IMG/VR virus record: IMGVR_UViG_3300017700_000313
Span: 1-43,207 of that record
DNA: 43,207 bases
Strand: one strand, 5' to 3'
Source: a virus
Taxonomy: Duplodnaviria; Caudoviricetes
How positions within the stretch are numbered: the stretch's first letter is position 1; each line of letters opens with the position of its first letter. Under the pieces are notes generated by a model, which saw nothing but the letters and a program-made list of their open reading frames with translations, did not search any database and was not told where the DNA came from. This document shows, one piece after another, positions 16,469-23,879 of the stretch. Both the position numbers and the translations under genes were made by a program.

Positions 16469-17305
16469 ATGAACCTCGACGAATACACAGACAGCTCGCG
16501 CGTCAAGCTTCTGATCTACGGACCGCCGAAGGGTGGCAAGACAGCACTTGTCGGCAAGCTGGCAGAAGCAGGATTCATTCTGCACTTCCTTGATCTGGAT
16601 CATGGCATCAAGACTCTGCTCAACCCAGAGATGCTGAAGCCACAGTTCCGCAAGAACGTGCAAGTCTACACGCTGCCAGATCATCGCATGTATCCTGTTG
16701 CCATCGACACGGTGCGTGCTATTCTCAAGGGCGGCCTTCGCAGGTTCTGCCATGCACACGGCAAGCTGACGTGCCCCCTGTGCAACAAGCAGCCTGATGC
16801 CAAGTGGTATGAGCTGGACATTACCAAGTTCACTGACCGTGATGTGCTGGTGATTGACACTGTCAGCCAGCTCAGCAACTCAGCCATGAACAAGGTTGTG
16901 CACAAAGATATCACCAACGCCCAGACTGGTGAAGACTACAAGGCTACCTTCAATGACTACGCCAAGCAAGGCGCACTCATGGAAGAAGTCTTCTCGTTGA
17001 TCCAAGTCATGGACGTCAACGTGATCTGCATCAGTCATGATGTTGACAGCGAGAAGGCTGACTCTCCAAAGGAGTACCTTGTTCCTGTTGCTGGTACTCG
17101 CAACGCAAGCAAGCTGGTTGCAAAGTACTTCGATGAAGTGGTGTATGTGAACGTCGTGAACAAGAAGCACAGCGTCATGAACACAAGCACCAGCTCTGGA
17201 AACGTCTTGACAGGCGGTCGATCAGGGGTTAAACTCGATCTCTTGAAGGATGCAGAAATCTCTCTGCTGCCATTGTTCGCGCGACTTGGAGTGAAACCAT
17301 CATGA
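16469..17305 (+). CDS. Sak4-like (AAA_24/RecA-fold) ATPase, ssDNA annealing; CxxH...CxxC insertion
   Basis: Walker A YGPPKGGKT, DLDHG, Walker B VIDTVS, ICISH, YFDEV; lies between the exonuclease and an SSB-like gene. Confidence 0.8.
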   Translation: MNLDEYTDSSRVKLLIYGPPKGGKTALVGKLAEAGFILHFLDLDHGIKTLLNPEMLKPQFRKNVQVYTLPDHRMYPVAIDTVRAILKGGLRRFCHAHGKLTCPLCNKQPDAKWYELDITKFTDRDVLVIDTVSQLSNSAMNKVVHKDITNAQTGEDYKATFNDYAKQGALMEEVFSLIQVMDVNVICISHDVDSEKADSPKEYLVPVAGTRNASKLVAKYFDEVVYVNVVNKKHSVMNTSTSSGNVLTGGRSGVKLDLLKDAEISLLPLFARLGVKPS

Positions 17306-17814
17306 GCATTCAAAACGCAGCCCACGGAATTGGCAACGCAACTGGCGGCTATGGCAGCAGCACCCCAGATCCACAACGCCTGAAAGAAATTGCTGAAGAT
17401 ATGCGCAAGGGTGTTGAACTTGCTGCTGGCATCGTTGACAAGCGCGAATCTGCTGACCAGATCAGCAAGGTGCTGAATGAGCGCGGTGCTCGCTACGGTG
17501 ACTTCACTCACCATGCTGAGGTTTGCCAGAGCATCAAGAACACGCTGCTGTTCCACCGTTACAGCAAGTATGGCCAGCTGTCTGCTGACAAGAAGCAAGC
17601 TCTTGATGTGATTGCTGACAAGATCGCACGCATCTTGACTGGTGATCCTGAGTACGATGACAACTGGATTGACATTCAGGGTTACGCAAAGCTGGCACAA
17701 GAGCGGCTGCGCAAAGAAGCTGTGTGCGCTCCTGCTCCACAAGCTGCTGCGCAGCCGCCTTACGGCGTTGGCCAGAAGAACTCAATGGTGCGTGGTGATC
17801 GCAACTACGAGTAA
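17302..17814 (+). CDS. DUF6378-family protein (all-alpha nucleotide-pyrophosphatase-like)
   Basis: ERGARYGDF...KIARILTGDPEYDDNWIDIQGYA signature. Confidence 0.75.
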   Translation: MSIQNAAHGIGNATGGYGSSTPDPQRLKEIAEDMRKGVELAAGIVDKRESADQISKVLNERGARYGDFTHHAEVCQSIKNTLLFHRYSKYGQLSADKKQALDVIADKIARILTGDPEYDDNWIDIQGYAKLAQERLRKEAVCAPAPQAAAQPPYGVGQKNSMVRGDRNYE

Positions 17815-17906
17815 GAATTAAGTAGCAATCCTGCTGCTGATCCGCTGGCATATCGGTTATATGCTGTTTGTTTTGTTTGCCTTACTAGGCTTTGATTGGA
17901 ATTGAC

Positions 17907-18374
17907 ATGAGCAACAATGCTGCACTGACTGACTTCGACGCGTTGATGGATGCATCGATGGATGACATTGATGACCTGCCGCCGATTGGCGTACCGCCCA
18001 CTGGCAACTACACGCTGGACATCACAGCCAGTCGTGAGAAGAGTGACAAGGGCAGCGAGTACGTCAAGTTCTCCTACCTGATCGAAGAAGTCAACGAAGT
18101 GAAAGACGAAGCAGAAGCTGGCGACGCAGCTGCTGGTCAGAAGTTCATGGAGATGTTCTCCCCATTCAAGAAGGATGGCACCGTGAATGAGATCGGCATG
18201 GGCATGATGAAAGAACGCTTGGTTCCTTTCTCCGCGCACTTCGGAACTCCCAAGGTTGGCGAGACGCTGACGCAGATCACGAACATCAAGGCTGTTGCCA
18301 GTCTGGTTCGCATGGCAGATCGCAAGGAAGAAGGCCGCTTCCGCTTCGTGCTGAAGGACGTGACCATCCTCTAA
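17907..18374 (+). CDS. Putative ssDNA-binding protein (DUF669-like OB fold)
   Basis: Acidic N-terminus, P.G.Y...I beta-strand pattern, and position near Sak4. Confidence 0.6.
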   Translation: MSNNAALTDFDALMDASMDDIDDLPPIGVPPTGNYTLDITASREKSDKGSEYVKFSYLIEEVNEVKDEAEAGDAAAGQKFMEMFSPFKKDGTVNEIGMGMMKERLVPFSAHFGTPKVGETLTQITNIKAVASLVRMADRKEEGRFRFVLKDVTIL

Positions 18375-18398
18375 TCTGCTGATCGCAGGTTGTGAGTT

Positions 18399-18431
18399 AG
18401 CTCGCTGGGTTACAAGCTCAGCGGGCTTTTT
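18399..18431 (+). terminator. Rho-independent terminator
   Basis: agctcgctggg/ctcagcgggct stem followed by TTTTTGTTT. Confidence 0.75.
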
Positions 18432-18572
18432 GTTTGTGGTGGGTTCGATTCCCACAGTCTAGAGATGGGTGGCGCAGTTCAATTCTGCGAAGGCGATTGG
18501 GGTCTGGTGCCCAGCCGACAACTGCGTAAGCAGCGGGGTTCAGCCAATCTCTAGACACCACAAACAAGAAGC
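18425..18572 (+). ncRNA. Candidate structured RNA with two T-loop hairpins and an ACCA-ended stem (5' leader of DNA polymerase)
   Basis: 16-bp and 10-bp closing helices; hairpins GTGGG-TTCGATT-CCCAC and CGCAG-TTCAATT-CTGCG; GNRA hairpin CTGC-GTAA-GCAG. Confidence 0.7.
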
Positions 18573-18588
18573 TAATCAAGGAGATAGT

Positions 18589-20910
18589 GTGAGTCTGCCA
18601 TTTGTTATTCCCAAGAAGCAGCCAGCAGTTGCAAACGTGCTGACAACTCAAGCTAATGATAAGAGCGCAGCCGGTAAGGTGATTGCGCTTTTTGGTACGC
18701 CTGATGATCGCAGCTTCTTGCCGCAGTTTCGTGAGTTGGTTGGACCTGTTGCACTCAAGGTGCTGCTTGATCCTGTTGAGTATCCAACCTCAATGGCAGC
18801 AAAGATCAAAGCAAATGGCATCACAGATATTATCTGCACCTGCCCTGACACCATGCTCACACTGCTGCGCATGTTGCCTGACTTCCGTCGTCCGTTGAAT
18901 AAGAACGGCAGCTTCAAGAAACTTCCACTTGACGACTATCATGGTAGCTTCGTCACACTCCCTGCGGAAACTCTCAAGACTGACTACGATGTTAAAGTCC
19001 TCATCCTCAATCCGCTCAAGCATCTCCGCACTGTGCCTGAAGCTCCGTTTGTTTTCAAGCGGTTTATCTCTAAGATTACGAAGCCGTCCAGCTGGTTTCC
19101 TCAAACGCAGTTTACGTGGGAAGTCTGGACACCAGCAAAGAGTCAGCAACTACTGGAAGACTTCAGCAAAGCGCGTCTTCTTGCGGTGGACATTGAGACT
19201 TATCATGATGATGAACTACGCCTCATTCGCTGCGTTGGCTACTGCGCTCTTTTTCCTGATGGCAGCACTCACACTGTGGTCGTTCCCTTCAAGTGCATGG
19301 TTGCTCATGCCTTTGTTCGGGCTCTGAATGCTACGCCAGTAGCTAAAATCTTTCAGAATGGAATGTATGACAACCTCTACTTCTGGCGATGGAACGTACC
19401 AGTCACTAATTGGCTTCATGATACTCAGCACATCTTTCACTCGTGGTACGCAGAACTCCCTAAACGCCTCGACTTCATCGCAGCGTTTGCAGTTCGTGAG
19501 ATTAGGTATTGGAAGGACGATGCTGCGGGAAGTGACTACAACGTCTACGAATACAACGGGAAGGATTGCTGGTCTACGATGATGGCATACCTGTCCATCT
19601 TGCAAGAGATTCCCAAGTGGGCACTTGACAATTACCTTGTTGAGTTTCCACTTGTGTTCCCTTGCATTCACATGGAAGGTGATGGCCTACTCGTTAACAA
19701 GGAACGCTTCGAGCGTAACAAGCTGCGGGCAGAAGAGAAGCTCAAGGCTGTTGCTGAGCCACTGGCTAAGTGGTTCGGTCCTAAGTTCAATCCTCGCAGT
19801 CCTGACCAAGTCAAGCGGCTGCTCACTGTGCTTGGCATGGGCAAAGATGTTGACAGTTCCAACGTCAAGGAACTCAACAAGTGTGCTGCTGCGCACCCGT
19901 TCAACGAACTTATCATCTCTGCGATCATTGAGTATCGTGAGCAGGCTAAGCTGCTGTCAACCTATTTCAAGTGGGAGAAATTCTGGAATGACCGACTCTA
20001 TTACAAAACCAACCCGGCAGGTACTGATAGCGGCAGGCTTGCAAGCACTGAGTCAAGCTTCTGGTGCGGGCTACAGATTCAAAACATCCCTGGCGGAACC
20101 GAAGTCAAGGACTGGATCGAGTGTGATGCTGATTGGGACGGACTTGCAGAAGGAGATTACGCTCAATCTGAAGCTCGATGTGTCGGCTATCTTTCTGGAT
20201 GCACAGCTCTCATTGATCTCGTCGAATCCGACAAAGACTACCATTCCTGGAATGCACACAAGTTTTTCGGTGTCGCATACGAAGCTGTCGACAAGAAACT
20301 TAGAGACCTTTCTAAGCGGGTTAACCATGGCAGCAATTACAATATGGGAGCAGCAGTCCTCCTAGATACCATGGGTCCCAAGAAAGCAGCTGAGGCTCGT
20401 ATCTTGTTGCAGCTTCCTGCTAAGTGGACACTCACTCAAGTCTGCCAGCACTTGCTTGACACGTATGCCAAAACATACCCTGAAGTCAAGAAGGATTGGT
20501 ACGACGACCTGACTCGCACAGTGAAGATGACGAAGAAGCTGGTATCACAACTTGGCTGGACTCGTCACTTCTTTGCTGATCCATCAAGCAGCAAGCCTGC
20601 ACTCAATTCAACGGTGGCACATGGACCTCAAAACCTTTCTGCTGGCATTATCAATCAGCGCTTTTACTCTATCTGGCATGATTCTGTTTACGGCGATCTG
20701 CGCGGAAAGGTTCGGATTAAAGCCAACATTCACGATAGCATTCTGTTCACTTATCGTGGGGTGGATACTCCTAGCATCGTACGTGATCGCATGAAAAACC
20801 CAGTACAGATTCGTGATATCAAGGGAGTCACTCGGACAATGCTGATCCCTCCAGATATGTCAGTGGGCAAAGGTGATAAACTTGCTCGCTTCTGGGGAGA
20901 CCTCAAGTAA
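18589..20910 (+). CDS. polA: Family A DNA polymerase with 3'-5' exonuclease and degenerate UDG-like N-terminal domain
   Basis: ExoI VDIET, ExoII QNGMYD, ExoIII YNGKD, motif A DYAQSEAR, motif B RDLSKRVNHGSNY, motif C IHDS. GTG start 5 nt after AAGGAG. Confidence 0.93.
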   Translation: MSLPFVIPKKQPAVANVLTTQANDKSAAGKVIALFGTPDDRSFLPQFRELVGPVALKVLLDPVEYPTSMAAKIKANGITDIICTCPDTMLTLLRMLPDFRRPLNKNGSFKKLPLDDYHGSFVTLPAETLKTDYDVKVLILNPLKHLRTVPEAPFVFKRFISKITKPSSWFPQTQFTWEVWTPAKSQQLLEDFSKARLLAVDIETYHDDELRLIRCVGYCALFPDGSTHTVVVPFKCMVAHAFVRALNATPVAKIFQNGMYDNLYFWRWNVPVTNWLHDTQHIFHSWYAELPKRLDFIAAFAVREIRYWKDDAAGSDYNVYEYNGKDCWSTMMAYLSILQEIPKWALDNYLVEFPLVFPCIHMEGDGLLVNKERFERNKLRAEEKLKAVAEPLAKWFGPKFNPRSPDQVKRLLTVLGMGKDVDSSNVKELNKCAAAHPFNELIISAIIEYREQAKLLSTYFKWEKFWNDRLYYKTNPAGTDSGRLASTESSFWCGLQIQNIPGGTEVKDWIECDADWDGLAEGDYAQSEARCVGYLSGCTALIDLVESDKDYHSWNAHKFFGVAYEAVDKKLRDLSKRVNHGSNYNMGAAVLLDTMGPKKAAEARILLQLPAKWTLTQVCQHLLDTYAKTYPEVKKDWYDDLTRTVKMTKKLVSQLGWTRHFFADPSSSKPALNSTVAHGPQNLSAGIINQRFYSIWHDSVYGDLRGKVRIKANIHDSILFTYRGVDTPSIVRDRMKNPVQIRDIKGVTRTMLIPPDMSVGKGDKLARFWGDLK

Positions 20911-22181
20911 TGTCCACTGTACTCTTTGACAAGTACTTTCAATTCACCAAGGACACTGAGCCGCCAATGGTATTCCACCGTTGGAGTTTGCTCACTGGTC
21001 TTGGCGCTTTGCTTGGCCGTCAGTACTACTTGCCATTTGGCAACTTCAACATCATGCCCAACATGTACGTCATGTTGATTGGTGATCCCGGCACGCGGAA
21101 GTCTACTGCCATCAAGCTTGGCAAGCAGGTCCTGACTGCGGCGGGCTACGATAAGTATTCAGCACAGCGGACTTCTAAAGAGAAGTTCCTGCTTGACCTT
21201 GAAGGGATTGAAGATGATACAGGAACAGTGGTTGATTCCAATAAGGTCATGGCCAATCTCTTTGGCGACGACTTTGTGGGCGGAGAAGCTAAACAGGTGT
21301 TCATCGTCGCCGATGAATTCAACGAGTTTGTGGGATCAGGCAACCTTGAGTTCCTTAGCTTGCTCGGCAGCCTCTGGGATTGGGACGAACCAAGCCAGCC
21401 TTTCAAGCAGAGACTTAAAACGTCTCGAAGTGTTAGCATCTACCAGCCAACCATCTCACTGCTCGGTGGAAATACTCACGCAGGATTCGCAGAAGCTTTT
21501 CCCCCTCAATCTATCGGTCAGGGATTCCTCAGTAGGTTGATCCTTGTATATGGGGAAGGGTCAGGAAACAAGATTGCTTTTCCCACAAAGCCAGACGAAG
21601 GAATCAAGAACGAGCTGACACAGACATTGCAGCAGATACGTGAGCAAGTAGTTGGCGAAGCAACGATGACCAAGAAAGCTCGTGAGATGCTTGAGGTTAT
21701 CTACCGCACATTCCAGCCACTTGAGGACTCGCGCTTCAAGCACTACAGTACTCGCCGTCAGACTCACTTGCTTAAGCTGTGCATGTTGACAGCTGCTTGC
21801 AATCTGCGCACAGAGATGAATGCTGAGGATGTTCTGTTTGCCAACACGCTGCTGACATTCACTGAGCATCGTATGCCCAATGCAATGGGCGAGTTCGGTA
21901 AGAGCAAGAACTCTGACGTTGCTGCTCGTATCCTTGCTGTGTTGTCAGAGGCTGGCAAGCCAGTAGATATCAATGATCTTTGGAAACAGGTTCAATCTGA
22001 CCTTGATCGTATTGACGATCTGAACAAGATTATGGCTGGTCTTACACAAGGCGGTAAGGCTCAGTATGTTTCACGCAGCAGGACTAGTGATGCTCAGGGA
22101 TTCTTGCCAGTGCGCAGGATGCTCAGCAACAAAGCTATGTACTGTGATTTCAAACTCCTCAAAGAAAGTGGGATGACATGA
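20910..22181 (+). CDS. DUF3987-family AAA+ ATPase, putative replicative helicase (no primase domain)
   Basis: NMYVMLIGDPGTRKSTA (Walker A), ADEF (Walker B), GFLSRLI; TAATG coupling to polA. Confidence 0.8.
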   Translation: MSTVLFDKYFQFTKDTEPPMVFHRWSLLTGLGALLGRQYYLPFGNFNIMPNMYVMLIGDPGTRKSTAIKLGKQVLTAAGYDKYSAQRTSKEKFLLDLEGIEDDTGTVVDSNKVMANLFGDDFVGGEAKQVFIVADEFNEFVGSGNLEFLSLLGSLWDWDEPSQPFKQRLKTSRSVSIYQPTISLLGGNTHAGFAEAFPPQSIGQGFLSRLILVYGEGSGNKIAFPTKPDEGIKNELTQTLQQIREQVVGEATMTKKAREMLEVIYRTFQPLEDSRFKHYSTRRQTHLLKLCMLTAACNLRTEMNAEDVLFANTLLTFTEHRMPNAMGEFGKSKNSDVAARILAVLSEAGKPVDINDLWKQVQSDLDRIDDLNKIMAGLTQGGKAQYVSRSRTSDAQGFLPVRRMLSNKAMYCDFKLLKESGMT

Positions 22182-22366
22182 ACAAGATAACGGTGAGCAA
22201 GAAGCAGGCTGAGTTCCTCAAGCAGCAGGGGCGTGATCCACGTAGCGTCAGCATGGATGATGTTCGTGCGTATCGCAAGATGCCTGTGATTTCTGATCTG
22301 GATGCCATCAAGCGTCACAACGAAATGATTGATGCTAAGAAGGCTGCAAAGAAAGCGAGGAAGTAA
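22178..22366 (+). CDS. Hypothetical basic protein
   Basis: ATGA and TAATG overlaps with both neighbours. Confidence 0.65.
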   Translation: MNKITVSKKQAEFLKQQGRDPRSVSMDDVRAYRKMPVISDLDAIKRHNEMIDAKKAAKKARK

Positions 22367-22641
22367 TGGCTATTGGTGTTGGCTCGCCACCTTACGGCAG
22401 CATTCAACCAAGAGCTTGGGGTACTGTTAGTCTAACTCCTAGCTTGCAATCTTGGGTAGAGAAGCACAGCTCATTCATGCTTGGTTGCAGAATGTCTCAA
22501 GCTCCTGCCAGCATGACTACCTTTGAGCAGTTCCAAAAGAACACAGGCAAAGGCCTGAAGGAATACAAGGACTTCTGCGATGGTCAGCTGTTTGACATGG
22601 ACCTGCGCAGGCAGTTAGGAGAGCCACATGGCAAGGTATAG
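22366..22641 (+). CDS. Hypothetical protein
   Basis: GAGG RBS, coupled start. Confidence 0.6.
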   Translation: MAIGVGSPPYGSIQPRAWGTVSLTPSLQSWVEKHSSFMLGCRMSQAPASMTTFEQFQKNTGKGLKEYKDFCDGQLFDMDLRRQLGEPHGKV

Positions 22642-22831
22642 CAAATCCCACACGGGAGTTCCTGGCCCAAGCGGTGGCTACAAACCTGTGACCTGCCGTG
22701 AATGCGGCAGCACAGTTCGACTGTTTGTGCAGTGTCAGAAATGTCTACTGCGCTTCATCAACGCCACAGACGTGGCATCCAAATCAAGCTATTACAAGCC
22801 TGAGCATCTTCACCAACAAAGGAGTTACTGA
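22628..22831 (+). CDS. Small Zn-ribbon-like protein
   Basis: AGGAG RBS; CREC...CQKC. Confidence 0.55.
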   Translation: MARYSKSHTGVPGPSGGYKPVTCRECGSTVRLFVQCQKCLLRFINATDVASKSSYYKPEHLHQQRSY

Positions 22832-22832
22832 T

Positions 22833-23312
22833 ATGATTTCCCAATTCGCAAAAGACATTCGCAAGTTCAACACCATGTATGGCTTGCCAGTGAATGACTT
22901 CCCAACCATTCCCTTTCGGCTGCACATAGATAAGGGCACAACTCGCCAGCAGCTGATCGACCGGCTCAAGCAATTCAAGAAGATTCTGCAAGATGAGATC
23001 AAAGAAGTTGACGACATTGTTGACAAGGTGGAAGCTGGCGAAGAGCCGCTGGACATTCTTACTGATCTTGCCGATTGGCTTGGTGACATTCAAGTGTTCT
23101 GTGCCAGCGAGATGCTGAAGTTTGGCTTGGACAATGAGATGGTGCTGTCTGTCATCATGTCCAGCAACTTCTCCAAGCTGCAAGCTGATGGCACTGCGCT
23201 GATGATTGACGGCAAACTGCAGAAAGGTCCAGGCTACTGGAAACCTGAGCCGAAGCTCAAGCGCTTGTTGCAAGCCGCACTTCACGCAGCTGAGGAAGGA
23301 GAGCAGACGTGA
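22833..23312 (+). CDS. MazG/PRA-PH-like NTP pyrophosphohydrolase
   Basis: DEIKE...LADWLGD...SNFSKL...GKLQKGPGY.KP pattern; AAGGAG RBS. Confidence 0.8.
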   Translation: MISQFAKDIRKFNTMYGLPVNDFPTIPFRLHIDKGTTRQQLIDRLKQFKKILQDEIKEVDDIVDKVEAGEEPLDILTDLADWLGDIQVFCASEMLKFGLDNEMVLSVIMSSNFSKLQADGTALMIDGKLQKGPGYWKPEPKLKRLLQAALHAAEEGEQT

Positions 23313-23587
23313 ACTACGATCTGATCTATATGTTTGCTACCAACAACAAGCTTGACTACAATGAGCTTTGTGAGTTGGTGAAGCAGGCAGCTACTCCGCA
23401 GCCCGCAAGTGAACCAGCGCAGGCACGCGAGTGGGGCAAAGATAACTTGAATTGCGCCGTGTCTTGGAATAGCTTCAATCTCTTTGGAGATGATAAGTCC
23501 GTAGCTGAGCTGCGCCGGTTGATTCACATTGATGGCTGCTATGCTGATTTGCAGCGCGTGCTTGCCGCTGAGAAACAAAAGCCATGA
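23309..23587 (+). CDS. Hypothetical protein
   Basis: AAGGAG RBS, GTGA overlap. Confidence 0.6.
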   Translation: MNYDLIYMFATNNKLDYNELCELVKQAATPQPASEPAQAREWGKDNLNCAVSWNSFNLFGDDKSVAELRRLIHIDGCYADLQRVLAAEKQKP

Positions 23588-23817
23588 ACCTGATCTACCT
23601 CAACCACTGGCGTGCAATCGTTACCTGCACCAACAAGGGCATTCTTGTTCTTGATGTTGTTGCAGATAGCGAAGCAGAAGCTAAGGGCAGAGCAGACACT
23701 GCTGCTGTCACGCACCTTGGTGCAGAAGGTGTGCAGAATGTCATTGTCATGCGGCACGTTGACATGCCAATCGAATGGCTGAATCGCAAAGTCAACCATC
23801 AAGCCACCAAGCACTAA
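23584..23817 (+). CDS. Hypothetical protein
   Basis: ATGA overlap; last gene of the + arm. Confidence 0.6.
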   Translation: MNLIYLNHWRAIVTCTNKGILVLDVVADSEAEAKGRADTAAVTHLGAEGVQNVIVMRHVDMPIEWLNRKVNHQATKH

Positions 23818-23819
23818 AG

Positions 23820-23858
23820 AAAAAGCCCCCAAGGAACTTAATCCAAGGGGGCTTTTTT
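23820..23858. terminator. Bidirectional terminator between the convergent arms
   Basis: AAAAAGCCCCC...GGGGGCTTTTTT between the convergent stops at 23817 and 23880. Confidence 0.88.
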
Positions 23859-23879
23859 ACGTCTGGACTTTTTACCAGC

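Noticed and set aside
18371-18463. Canonical tRNA gene ending at the GGTTCGATTCC T-arm
   Set aside because: No credible acceptor, D or anticodon arms upstream; that sequence forms a terminator. The T-arm belongs to the larger downstream structure.
18469-18588. 40-aa N-terminal extension of PolA in the ORF track
   Set aside because: No SD at 18469, whereas AAGGAG precedes GTG 18589. The interval is better explained as structured RNA.
17302-20910. Z-genome or other hypermodified-DNA system
   Set aside because: No PurZ, DatZ or other modification enzyme is recognisable in a complete genome.
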